From a bacterium (lineage in GTDB: Bacteria; Desulfobacterota; DSWW01): 31,384 nucleotides of DNA. Every line of letters begins with the position of its first letter. The stretch's first letter is position 1. Location: contig JBFLZG010000077.1 of assembly GCA_040756235.1 (NCBI GenBank), positions 1 to 31,384 of the forward strand, written 5' to 3'. The notes below the pieces were generated by a model. That model searched no databases, was not told the DNA's origin, and was given only the letters and a program-made list of their open reading frames with translations. This document shows, in pieces, positions 8,063 to 17,301 of the stretch. A program made the translations under genes and the position numbers.

Positions 8063-10381
8063 CTATTCCAACTGGTAGCCGTCGGTGAGGGTCATGAGAA
8101 AGGCCACGATGTCGTCGATTTCCTGGTCCGTGAGCCCGAGTCGGCCCAGGGTCCCCGGCATGGCCATGGGATGGCGATGTACGGTTTCCGGCACCTCGGC
8201 CTCGGGCCAGCCGGCTTCGGGCAGGTCCCGCGTGTTGTTGAACACGACGACTTCGCGCAGCGTCTGGTGGTAGCCGTTGTGCGTGTACGGCGCGGTCACG
8301 GCGCAGTTGCGCAGCGACGGGATCTTGAGCTTGCCGTCCTCTTTGGCCGCCTCCTCTTCCGGGAGCCCCTTGCTGCGCAGGAAATCGCCCAGGCCCCGGT
8401 CGATGTAGTTCTCACCGTCCGGGTTGAGGGAAGGAGGCAGGTCGTAGTACGGCAGGTCCGGATTGCGCGGCGTGCCGAGGTTCTGGTGACCGAAGTTCGT
8501 GAAATACGGCTCACTGTGACAGTTGAAGCACCGGCCGCGCTCCATGCCGGTGAACAGCAGGTACCCCCGTTCCTCCGCTTCCGTGAACGGGGCCTCTCCC
8601 TTCTTCCAGTAGTCGTACTTCGACGTGAACGGATTGACTTGCGCAGAGCGCATGTACGCGGCCAGGGCTTGCGCCACGCACGCATAGGCAGTGTCAGCGT
8701 CTTTCAGTGCCGCAGCGCCGAAGACCTGTCTGAAAAGAAGCTCGTATGCGGATAGCCGGACCTCATGGACGACCGTTGCCTTGTTCGGGTTGTGCATTTC
8801 CAGCGGGTTGAGGAAGGGCTGCTTGGCCTGATCTTCCAGCGTGTCCGCGCGCCCGTCCCAGAAGAGCCCGCCCACGTACTTGCCCTCCGGAATGGCCGGG
8901 GTGGTGGTCGGGTCGAAATACATCGGCGGGCTGAACATGGCATACGAGACGCTCTGCGCGTTACGGTTGCCGAACCGGCCCGGGATCGCTCCCTCGGAGA
9001 CGGGCAGGTCTGCGTCCGGGTCCGCAAACCCGGCGAGCGGGTCGTGGCAGCTCGCGCACGACTGGCCGTGGGGTCGCGAGAGGTTCTGGTCAAAGAAGAT
9101 GAGCTTTCCCAGGCGCTGTTCGGGCGTCAGCTCTTCTTCGGCACCGCCGTACAGGGTGTCGAACTCGTCCCAGACCCACCTGGCGAGCCGCCGGCCCGCA
9201 CGCAGGGCGGAGACGTTGCTGAACGAATAGTGAATGCCTCCGTAGATTCGGCTGATGCCGGCTTCCTCGGCCGCCTCGGAGAACCTGTGGTACGTGCGGT
9301 AGGTCCCCGGCTGGCTGTAGGACTCGATCGAGTACTCGAACCGGTCCGTGGCAAAGAACAGAATGAGCATCTGGGCGGCCGCGGCGCTGAAGGTGCTGTG
9401 GGCCGAATTGTATTCCGGGAAGGCCGGCGTCATCAGCAGCGGCATCCAGGACGGATCGGCCTCGGTGCGGGGGTTGCCGTCCGTGTCCGCCTCCTGAATC
9501 GCCGTCACCGGCCGCCACAGGTTGAACGTGTACTTGGTGTCCCAGGCGGCGATGCCGGCGTCCGCCAGCGTCACGTTGAGGAGCGCAAACAGCAGCGCGT
9601 TCTCTTCCAGCGTGTTCCCCCAGTGCTGCGCCGCATCCCGTGCGATCAGGTTCCACCTGCCGGCGGTCGTCACGGTTCCCGGGCTGTCGGCCCAGAACAT
9701 GGCGATCTCGGTCTGCTCCGGCTTGCGGATCGAGCTGTTGAGGCTTCCCAGCTCTTTGACCTCGTTCAGTGCCGCGGCATAGCGGGCGCTTCCCAGCAGG
9801 GGCGGCGGCGGACTTCTGAACTGGGAGTTGCTGGTCATGGCGAAGGGAGTCACGATGGCCCAGTTCGGCATCATGGCAGGCTGATACATGGGCGGGGTCG
9901 GCCGCCAGTCGCCGGGCTGATCGCCCGGAACGTAGGGGACCATCTCGCCCGAGTGGTCCGTGCTCCGCCACAGGATGATTTCGTCGGCCTTGGCCTGGCC
10001 CAGGGCAATCCCATCCGTCTTGTCCTGTCCGTCGGGGATTGCGGCCAGATAGCTGTCCGCCAGGGCGCTGAGGTCGGCGGCCTGGCTCGGGAAGAGGGAG
10101 ATGAGCACGCGCGCCGCCGCGGCGACCGCCGCTGCCTCCATCGAGCATTCCGGATCCCCTTCGCCGCCCCGGGCGGCCGTCACCGCCTCGAAGACGGCCA
10201 GGTGGACCATGGCGAGCGCCCGGGAGGCCTTGGTGGAAACGAAGAGACCTTCTTGAATGGATTGGAGCGAGATGTCGTTCCAGTCGACCACCACATCCGC
10301 TTTCGCCCGTACCGATGGGATGCCCGCAAAAGCCAACGTCAAAAGCAGGATGGAAACAAGTTTCAGTAGATTCCGCTTCAT
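8063..10381 (-). CDS. Exported fusion: vanadium-dependent haloperoxidase-like (PAP2) domain plus di-heme cytochrome c peroxidase/MauG-family domain
   Basis: Sec signal ending AKA. PAP2/VHPO motifs KYTFNLWRP, PEYNSAHS, SRIYGGIHY. Then CASCH, GNRNAQS, LFWDGRA, QAKQPFLNPLEM, CFNCH, KIPSLRN, APYTHNG. ATG 10381 with GGAGG upstream. Confidence 0.9.
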   Translation of the reverse strand: MKRNLLKLVSILLLTLAFAGIPSVRAKADVVVDWNDISLQSIQEGLFVSTKASRALAMVHLAVFEAVTAARGGEGDPECSMEAAAVAAAARVLISLFPSQAADLSALADSYLAAIPDGQDKTDGIALGQAKADEIILWRSTDHSGEMVPYVPGDQPGDWRPTPPMYQPAMMPNWAIVTPFAMTSNSQFRSPPPPLLGSARYAAALNEVKELGSLNSSIRKPEQTEIAMFWADSPGTVTTAGRWNLIARDAAQHWGNTLEENALLFALLNVTLADAGIAAWDTKYTFNLWRPVTAIQEADTDGNPRTEADPSWMPLLMTPAFPEYNSAHSTFSAAAAQMLILFFATDRFEYSIESYSQPGTYRTYHRFSEAAEEAGISRIYGGIHYSFSNVSALRAGRRLARWVWDEFDTLYGGAEEELTPEQRLGKLIFFDQNLSRPHGQSCASCHDPLAGFADPDADLPVSEGAIPGRFGNRNAQSVSYAMFSPPMYFDPTTTPAIPEGKYVGGLFWDGRADTLEDQAKQPFLNPLEMHNPNKATVVHEVRLSAYELLFRQVFGAAALKDADTAYACVAQALAAYMRSAQVNPFTSKYDYWKKGEAPFTEAEERGYLLFTGMERGRCFNCHSEPYFTNFGHQNLGTPRNPDLPYYDLPPSLNPDGENYIDRGLGDFLRSKGLPEEEAAKEDGKLKIPSLRNCAVTAPYTHNGYHQTLREVVVFNNTRDLPEAGWPEAEVPETVHRHPMAMPGTLGRLGLTDQEIDDIVAFLMTLTDGYQLE

Positions 10382-10566
10382 CTTTTCTCCTCCCTGGAGC
10401 TTGGCGATTTTCAGATTGAGATCGATTTCCGCAATCCGCATTCGAAGGATCGTCCGCGATCGAGCGAACGGAGGAGCCGTGCATTCGCTGCGGTCCAAAA
10501 GGTCACTTCCGGGATCCTCTCCGATTTCCGAGCGCCGGAGTCTCGGATCGTCAGGACGTAGAGTTG

Positions 10567-10594
10567 AAAAAGGGGGAGGGATCTCTCCCTCCCC
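10567..10594 (-). terminator. Rho-independent terminator after the multicopper oxidase
   Basis: Stem GGGGAGGGA/TCCCTCCCC followed on the minus strand by a T-run (AAAAA at 10567-10571). A second hairpin lies at 10607-10639. Confidence 0.65.
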
Positions 10595-10652
10595 GTGAGC
10601 GCCCCTCGCCCGGCGTCAGCCCCGGGGCTGCGCCGGGCGAGCGCGATGCAGG

Positions 10653-13600
10653 TTAGGGTGTGTGGATGGGGAACGGAAGGGCATTCACCCACGCAGATGC
10701 GCCTGCGGCGTTGTACGCCTGGATGCGGTAGTAATAGTTCCTGTTGCGCGCTCTGGTTTCCTGACGTGTGGTGACGTTGGCCCCGACGGTGTAGGTAGCC
10801 AGGTTCTGCGTAAAGGTCGCGTTGGTCGCCCGCTGGATCCGGAAGCGGAGCTCATTGTTCGAGTTGTCCGTCCAGCTCAGCGTGACGATCGCGTTGGTGC
10901 CGCTTATCACGGCCGATGCAAAGAAGTTGGAAGGAGCCGCCGGAGCCGTCGCACTGATGGTGGCCGTGTTCGAGTAGGGCGAAACCCCTCCCGCATTATT
11001 GAAGGCCTGCACCCGGTAACCATAGATGCTGCCGGGCACCACGGTCGTGTCGATATAGGTCACGTTGCCGCGGTTGGCTCTCGGCGGGAGCGTGGCGATC
11101 GGTGCGAAGGCGCCGCCGTTGTCGCTGCGCTCCACAGTGAAACCGTCTTCGTTGAGGGCGTTGTCCCTGAAAACCAGTCTCACCCGCAGCGGATTGGCCA
11201 GCATCGTTGCGACCAGGTTGGTCGGCGTGGCCAAGGGCGGCTGGGCAGCCGGCGTCGTGATCTGGGCGACGTTGGACATCGGCGAGTTTCCGTCCGCGTT
11301 GAACGCATAAACCTGGTAGGCATAGGTCGTACTCGGTGCTACGGTCGGGTCGGTGTAGCTCGTGACATCCACGTCCACCGTGCCGTGGGGAGCGAACGGG
11401 CCGATGACTCCGTTCGTCACGGTCGCACGCTCGATCTGGAAGCCGGCCTCGTTGGCGGCGTTGTCGGTCCAGGTCAGGCCGACCTGCGTCGCGGACAGCA
11501 GGGCAGCGGCCAGGTTGCTCGGAGCGAGCGGCGGCACGAGGATCGGGCCGATCGAGACGGTGTTCGACACCGAATCGCCGGCCGCGTTGAAGGCGACGAC
11601 GCGATATTGATAGCTCGTGTCTGCAGCCGTTCCATGGTCGGCAAAAGTGGTCGCGTTGGCGAGAGCGGATCCGATGGGCTCAAAGGCGCCGGTGCCGGCG
11701 GCTCGTTCGATCCGGTATCCGACTTCAGCCGCAGGGTCGCCCCAGCTGGCGGGATCCAGGAGATCGACGGGCGTGCCATCGGTCCAGGAGAGATCGATGG
11801 GGCTTCCGGGATTCCCTGTGGCGCTCAGCAGCGGTGCGGCAGGAAGCGCGCGCGCCACGGTCACCGAGACGGGCCGCATCATGTCCATCTCTTCATGGCT
11901 CAGGATGTGGCAGTGCCACACGTACTCCCAGCCGAAGTTGTGGATCACGTTGGTGATCGGCGGGACGATCGGGTCTCCGTTCGCGTCGGTGCTGTTGAAC
12001 ATGGCGGTCGAGCCGAGTGGCATCATCGGGTTCAGAGGCCGGATGCTGTCGGGGAGCCCGAAGGGGCTCTTCGGGACGATCGGCCTCAGGGCCACGATGG
12101 TGTCCTCGAGCGGGCTGATCCTGACCGTGTCCTTCCAGCCGAGCTCGTTTGCATCGGGCCGCCGAATGATGCCGTCCCAGCCGACCCGGTTGATCAGCTG
12201 CACGTCGTAGAGATGGAAGTGGATCGGGTGCGTGTCGACCCCGTTGTGGGTGATCTTCCAGATCTGGCTGCCGTCGTCAGCCGCGGCGATCGGAGTCACA
12301 TCGAGAGTTCCCACTGGCAGCTCGAGGCCGTCGATGATCTCGCTCGGCGGGTTCACGTACGGGTACAAGATCATGTTCTGCACACCCGCGACGGCGCCCG
12401 GCTTCTCGAGCCCGAGGAAACCGCTCATGCGACCGTATTCCTGCTCGAAGGCCTCGCCCATCTCGTCCTGAATCTGCTTGGGCTGGAGCGGCATGGTGAG
12501 CGAAGGTCCGGCAGCTCCTCCTAACAGGGTCTTGAAGCTGAAGGATGTGTTGAAGATCTGCACCAGGCCGGCACTTGCGCCGTTGAGCGGGAACGAGGTG
12601 CCGTAAGCCGAGTTGTACGCGCCCTGCCCGACGATGATCGGGTTCTGGGAATTCTCGAACACGCCCTGACCGCCGAGGCTCGTCGCAACGAACGCGTTCT
12701 GGAGCGCGGCCAGGTTGAACGATGAGCCAGCACCGGCGTTCACCTTGATCTGCATGACGGTGCGGGTGTTCGGCCCGTAGCCGGGGAGCGTCGGCGGCGC
12801 GCCGCCGGTGTCGGTCAGGTCCGGGTTGCCGGTGTAGTAGTCGTAGCGCGGGTCGCGCGCCGGGAACGCCGCGGGGGCGTCGTTATAGAGGATCAGCGTC
12901 TGGCCTGCGAACTGCGAGAAGTCGACGATCACGTCCGCGCGCTCGGCCGGGCCGAGGAGCAGCGAGTGCTGGTCCACGTTGCCGGCGTTGAACACCGTCG
13001 GGTCCGTCACCCAGGTAGTGACCTGGGGCGGGATCACGACCGGCGCAGGCAGGAACCCGCCCTCGGTGCCGATCTGGATCCAGTCCGGACCCTCCGTGCC
13101 CGCGACCGGGGTCGGGAAGACGCCGGCAGGGTCGGTCAGGGCGGCCGCCACCTCGGCGGGGTTCAGGGCGACCTCGGTGCCGCTGGCGTCGGCCTGATAG
13201 AGGGACAGGTTGAAGAACCGGTCGTTGGCGGCGTTCAGGATGCGCAGCCGGTAAGGCTTCGGGTCCACGGCGAGCGTCGGGTAGGCCGTGCCGTTGACGA
13301 CGGGCGTGTCCTGAAACGACTCCATGCCCATCGACACGTACGGCACTCCGGGGATCTGCGGCGGCTCGCACCACTGGACGTCCGGGTTGCAGTTCGGGTC
13401 GTAGTAGGGGTTGTCGATCGGCGGGTAGTCGATCCCGGTCGTGGGCGGCCAGAACCAGGGGCCGTAGGCCCAGCGGCCGAACTGGTTGACCCCCGACGCG
13501 TCGCCCGGGTTCTGGGCCGGAACATACACGTGCGGCATCCACAGGTTGCCGGGCCCGCCCCAGCGGCTCAGGTCCCAGGTGGGATCCTGCCACGAGAGCT

Positions 13601-15491
13601 GCTCGACGCTCGGCACGAAGGTCTTGTCCTGGATGACCAGCGGAATCTGGTCGGTGGGAAGGATCCCCTGGGCGACCAGGCTGTCCTCCGTCGGGTCGGT
13701 GATGAGGTACGCCGCGGCCTCGCCCGCGTAAACATTGAGCCGGGTGATCCCCCAGGCGTGGTCGTGGTAGAACATCAGGCGCGCGCTCTGCTGGTTGGTG
13801 TAGAAGAAGGTGATCGCCCCGGGGCCCGGGTCGGGCATGTCGGGGACGTTCTGCACGCTGACGCCCTCCGGGTACGGAGTCATCTCGTCTGCCGGCGTCA
13901 CCCACTGGTGCGGGGTGCCGTCGCTGATCCACGGCGAGATGCCGCCATGCAGGTGCAGCGTGGCGCGGTTCTCGGCGAAACACTCCATGGGCTTGGGGTC
14001 CATGCCGCACATCGGGTGCTGCGGGTCCATCTCCATCATCCCGCCCATGTCGGGCGTCATGCCGGAGCCCATGACCGTGACGTCCACGGGGATGAACAGG
14101 TTGCCGCCCTGGCCGGTCGGCAGCAGGTTGCGGAACAGGATCCGTACCGGCTTGTCCTTGACGGCCACGATCAGCGGCCCCAGGTAATGGGGCTTGTCCA
14201 CTCCCAGGTAGCTGCCTCCAAGCGGATAATGACTGCCCTGAATGACCGGGGTCTCCAACTGCACGTAGCCGCGCAGCCAGGTCGGGGGCAGGTTGGTGTG
14301 CATCTTCTCCTGATACTGGACGACCGCGATCTCGTAGTAGTCCGAGCCCGGGTACGTGGTGGTGTCCGCAACGGCCACCGGGATGTACTGGCCGAGGTTG
14401 TTGGCGCCGGTCGGTCCGAGGCCCGGCAGCGTGTCGACGAACTTCTTGATGCCGGGCGTCATGTACCCGGCCCCGCCGTCCGTAACCGTGACGCCCGTTA
14501 CGGCCCCTCCGGATGTTGCGATGCTTGCTGTGGCGGCGGCGCCGGAGCCGATGCCGGCGGTGTCGGTGATGCCCACCGCGGGGGCGGAGGTGTAGCCGCT
14601 GCCGAAGTTGTCCAAGATGAAACCGCTGACGAGCAAGGTCGCGGTGGCGGTGGCCCCGGTGCCCGGGCCCGGCATGGTGGGATCGGCCCCATCGCGGATC
14701 GTCACCGAGGGGGCGGAGAAGTACCCGGAGCCCGCACTGACCACTGAGATCGCGGTGATCACGCCGTTCGCATCGATCTCGGCGGCTGCGGTAGCCGGGA
14801 TGCCGTTAGGGTCTTCGGGGAGAGTGAATTCGACCACCGGCTGCTGGTAGCCTGTACCGCCACTGGTAACGGCGATCGCATCCACTCCGCCGGTCGCCGT
14901 GGCCGCGGCGCCCGTGCCGCCGCCGCCTGTGATGGCGACGGACGGAGCCGTGTAGCCCGAACCCGGCAAGTCTACCGTGATGCCGTTGACGACGCCGGAG
15001 TAATCGACCGTGGCGGTCGCCGCGGCCGGCGCTGTCGGGATCGCAACGGCAGTCGTGATCACGACCGTCGGGGCGGAGGTGTAGCCGCTACCCGGGTTGA
15101 TGATATCGATCGCCGTTATGGTACCCGTCAGAGCGTCGACTGTGGCCGAGGCCGTCGCGCCCGTGCCGCCGCCGCCCACGAGCTCGACGAGAGCGTCAGG
15201 CAGCCGCAGCGGGCTGTTGGCATAGTTCGGCACGCTGAAGTAGTGCGGGGCTTCGCCCGGCATGGCCATCATGGCCGCGCCCAGCTCGGGCAGCACCAAG
15301 CCGGCCGCCGCAGACCTCGCTGCCGCGGTCTGCCTCTCGCGGGGGTCTACTTTCATCTTCTGGTTCAGTCGTATGCGCGAGCCGTTATCGGGTTTTGCCG
15401 GTCTGGCCGCGCGACTCTGGTCGACTCCCCAAAAAAGGGCAGCCATTGCCAGGAGCACAATCATGAGACTCGGAAATCTGCGCCGCTTCAT
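10653..15491 (-). CDS. Large exported multicopper oxidase (Geobacter OmpB / Leptothrix MofA-like) with N-terminal GSGY repeats and four C-terminal fibronectin type III domains
   Basis: All four Cu motifs: HLHG, FYHDH, HPIHFH, HCHILSHEEMDM (Met axial). Signal peptide. Four FN3-type segments (e.g. LTWTDN...YQVYAFN). ATG 15491 with GGAGG. Confidence 0.92.
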   Translation of the reverse strand: MKRRRFPSLMIVLLAMAALFWGVDQSRAARPAKPDNGSRIRLNQKMKVDPRERQTAAARSAAAGLVLPELGAAMMAMPGEAPHYFSVPNYANSPLRLPDALVELVGGGGTGATASATVDALTGTITAIDIINPGSGYTSAPTVVITTAVAIPTAPAAATATVDYSGVVNGITVDLPGSGYTAPSVAITGGGGTGAAATATGGVDAIAVTSGGTGYQQPVVEFTLPEDPNGIPATAAAEIDANGVITAISVVSAGSGYFSAPSVTIRDGADPTMPGPGTGATATATLLVSGFILDNFGSGYTSAPAVGITDTAGIGSGAAATASIATSGGAVTGVTVTDGGAGYMTPGIKKFVDTLPGLGPTGANNLGQYIPVAVADTTTYPGSDYYEIAVVQYQEKMHTNLPPTWLRGYVQLETPVIQGSHYPLGGSYLGVDKPHYLGPLIVAVKDKPVRILFRNLLPTGQGGNLFIPVDVTVMGSGMTPDMGGMMEMDPQHPMCGMDPKPMECFAENRATLHLHGGISPWISDGTPHQWVTPADEMTPYPEGVSVQNVPDMPDPGPGAITFFYTNQQSARLMFYHDHAWGITRLNVYAGEAAAYLITDPTEDSLVAQGILPTDQIPLVIQDKTFVPSVEQLSWQDPTWDLSRWGGPGNLWMPHVYVPAQNPGDASGVNQFGRWAYGPWFWPPTTGIDYPPIDNPYYDPNCNPDVQWCEPPQIPGVPYVSMGMESFQDTPVVNGTAYPTLAVDPKPYRLRILNAANDRFFNLSLYQADASGTEVALNPAEVAAALTDPAGVFPTPVAGTEGPDWIQIGTEGGFLPAPVVIPPQVTTWVTDPTVFNAGNVDQHSLLLGPAERADVIVDFSQFAGQTLILYNDAPAAFPARDPRYDYYTGNPDLTDTGGAPPTLPGYGPNTRTVMQIKVNAGAGSSFNLAALQNAFVATSLGGQGVFENSQNPIIVGQGAYNSAYGTSFPLNGASAGLVQIFNTSFSFKTLLGGAAGPSLTMPLQPKQIQDEMGEAFEQEYGRMSGFLGLEKPGAVAGVQNMILYPYVNPPSEIIDGLELPVGTLDVTPIAAADDGSQIWKITHNGVDTHPIHFHLYDVQLINRVGWDGIIRRPDANELGWKDTVRISPLEDTIVALRPIVPKSPFGLPDSIRPLNPMMPLGSTAMFNSTDANGDPIVPPITNVIHNFGWEYVWHCHILSHEEMDMMRPVSVTVARALPAAPLLSATGNPGSPIDLSWTDGTPVDLLDPASWGDPAAEVGYRIERAAGTGAFEPIGSALANATTFADHGTAADTSYQYRVVAFNAAGDSVSNTVSIGPILVPPLAPSNLAAALLSATQVGLTWTDNAANEAGFQIERATVTNGVIGPFAPHGTVDVDVTSYTDPTVAPSTTYAYQVYAFNADGNSPMSNVAQITTPAAQPPLATPTNLVATMLANPLRVRLVFRDNALNEDGFTVERSDNGGAFAPIATLPPRANRGNVTYIDTTVVPGSIYGYRVQAFNNAGGVSPYSNTATISATAPAAPSNFFASAVISGTNAIVTLSWTDNSNNELRFRIQRATNATFTQNLATYTVGANVTTRQETRARNRNYYYRIQAYNAAGASAWVNALPFPIHTP

Positions 15492-15700
15492 TTGGGACCT
15501 CCTTTGCATTCTCGTGCATTCCGATTTCTGGCATTCGGTGAAGCCCTCCGCCTTTGCCGATAGGTCTTTCAAGTGTTGCGCCACACCTCCTTTCGTGAGC
15601 ACCGATCAGCCTCCTTTGAGGTGAATGATTAAAGAAAGGGTGGACCCTATAACCGTCCGGATGTGAGATGGTGCCAAATCTAACGCTCATGGGAGATCCG

Positions 15701-15749
15701 GGACAATTCGTGTAAGTACTCATTTAGGTGGTGGGCAAAAATACGTATC
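15701..15749 (-). promoter_or_regulatory. Operator-like box, copy A (upstream of multicopper oxidase)
   Basis: GGACAATTCGTGTAAGTACTCATT-N7-TGGGCAAAAATACGTA aligns with copies at 16355-16403 and 21101-21146. Confidence 0.6.
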
Positions 15750-15805
15750 TGCGCCCAGGCGCGCGTGTGCCGTATCCACACGAGCCGCGCGCCTCTGCTT
15801 CATCG

Positions 15806-16216
15806 CTACTTTCGGGAGCCTGGTGACACATAGGTCCTTCCCTTGCGGACGGTCTCGATAGCCGTAAACAGCTCGGTATCCGCCTCTTCCTTGAGGAGAT
15901 ACCCTTCAGCACCGGCCGAAATCGCCTGCTGGAGGTATTCCTCTTCCCTGTGAACGGTCATGATCAGCACCTTCACGTCGGACCATGCTGTCTTGATCCT
16001 GCGGGTGGCCTCGATTCCGCCCAGGTTGGGCATCGTGATGTCGAGAATCACCAGGTCCGGGGTCGTCTGCTCCATGAGTCGAAGAAGCTCGGTGCCGTCC
16101 CCCGCTTCCGCCACCACCTGACAGTCCCTTCGGTGTGCGAGCGCTTTTTTCAAGCTCTGGCGGAGCTCCGCATGATCGTCGGCCAGGACGATGCGATAGG
16201 TGCTCTCAGACGTCAT
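15806..16216 (-). CDS. Stand-alone NarL-type receiver domain protein (no HTH)
   Basis: ADDH, LDITMP (phospho-Asp), MTVH, GYLLK. Ends at TYVSPGSRK where the full-length paralog continues into the HTH. Confidence 0.85.
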   Translation of the reverse strand: MTSESTYRIVLADDHAELRQSLKKALAHRRDCQVVAEAGDGTELLRLMEQTTPDLVILDITMPNLGGIEATRRIKTAWSDVKVLIMTVHREEEYLQQAISAGAEGYLLKEEADTELFTAIETVRKGRTYVSPGSRK

Positions 16217-16354
16217 GCGATGGCTCCGATCCGGGTTCGCTCAAATCGCTCCAGCCCTGGCTGGTGCTGCAAGCTCGTGGACACGCTGGCGATCTGCCGG
16301 CAACACGGGTGAATGAGCGGGCTTACAACATTACTAGCCGCAAGGCCTACACGG

Positions 16355-16403
16355 GGACAATCCGCGGAAATACTCATTCTGATGTGGGCGAAAGTACGCA
16401 GTC
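16355..16403 (-). promoter_or_regulatory. Operator-like box, copy B (upstream of receiver-only gene)
   Basis: CAATCCGCGGAAATACTCATTCTGATGTGGGCGAAAGTACGCAGTC; 39/46 identical to the reverse complement of 21101-21146. Confidence 0.65.
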
Positions 16404-16468
16404 GGGTGTGGGATGTGTCAGCAGGGGCAGCAGAGGCGGAGCTGCGAGGGAGTTGAAAAACCGGCTCG

Positions 16469-16654
16469 TAGCAGCTTGTTCAAAAATGCCCAGATGCAAG
16501 GCAGGCAGAGCAGGGGTCAGGTTTCGGGTATCCGGTTTCAGCGCTCGACCCTGATACACCCGAGACAAAAGCGATGAGAGGATGCGCCACGTTGGTCTGA
16601 GGGGGGCTGATACCTGACACCCGGCACCCGGCGCCTGATTTCAACGGCCTGCTA
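16469..16654. mobile_element. MITE-like element with TAGCAG..GTT.AAA ends and internal heptamer repeats
   Basis: Left TAGCAGCTTGTTCAAAAA; right reverse complement TAGCAGGCCGTTGAAAT. Internal degenerate 7-mers (GTTTCGG/GTATCCG/GTTTCAG and CTGATAC/CTGACAC/CCGGCAC). Confidence 0.55.
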
Positions 16655-17299
16655 CACGTATTCCTTTTCGATGGCGTAGCGCACGAGATCGGCGGTCTTC
16701 TTCACGTTCAATTTGGTCATCATGTTCGCGCGGTGGCGTTCGACGGTGCGGGCGCTGATCGACAGGAGATCTCCGATTTCCTTGCTGGACTTGCCCTCTG
16801 CGATCAGCTTGAGGACTTCCCGCTCCCTGAGGGTGAGCGACTCTGAAAACGGAAGGTTTCGACCGCCCCGGCACATCTGCACCCAGTCCTCCCGAGCTTC
16901 ACCGGAAAAGAAGGGAGAGATGTAGGTTCGGCCCCTGCGGATCGTTTCGATCGCCGTGAAAAGCTCGGTGTCCGCATCTTCCTTGAGCAGGTAGCCGTCC
17001 GCGCCTGCCGAGATGGCCTGGACCAGATAGGTCTTGTCCTTGTGCATGGTGAGGACCAGGACCTTCACCGCGGGGCAGAGGATCCTGATCTCGTGGAGGG
17101 CTTCGAGCCCTCTCAGATGGGGCATGGAGATGTCGAGGACCACCATGTCGGGACTGCTTTTCTTCAAGAGCTCGAGGAGCTCCATCCCGTCGGTCGCTTC
17201 CCCGATGACCTCCAGATAGGCTTTTTCCGCCAGGATCTTCTTCAGCCCCTTGCGGAGCAAGGTGTGGTCGTCGGCCAGGATGATGGAGCAGCGACCCAT
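16652..17299 (-). CDS. NarL/LuxR-family DNA-binding response regulator
   Basis: Receiver (ADDH, LDISMP, GYLLK) plus LuxR HTH LTLREREVLKLIAEGKSSKEI...TVERHRANMMTKL. Starts 2 nt after the kinase stop. Confidence 0.95.
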   Translation of the reverse strand: MGRCSIILADDHTLLRKGLKKILAEKAYLEVIGEATDGMELLELLKKSSPDMVVLDISMPHLRGLEALHEIRILCPAVKVLVLTMHKDKTYLVQAISAGADGYLLKEDADTELFTAIETIRRGRTYISPFFSGEAREDWVQMCRGGRNLPFSESLTLREREVLKLIAEGKSSKEIGDLLSISARTVERHRANMMTKLNVKKTADLVRYAIEKEYV

Positions 17300-17301
17300 G
17301 G

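Noticed and set aside
15660..15680. Sigma54 promoter for the multicopper oxidase (TTGGCAC on the minus strand)
   Set aside because: No GC at the -12 position (TGGCACCATCTCACA).
16500..16640. CRISPR-like or coding tandem repeat
   Set aside because: Only degenerate heptamers inside a MITE-like element; no repeat-spacer structure and no cas genes.
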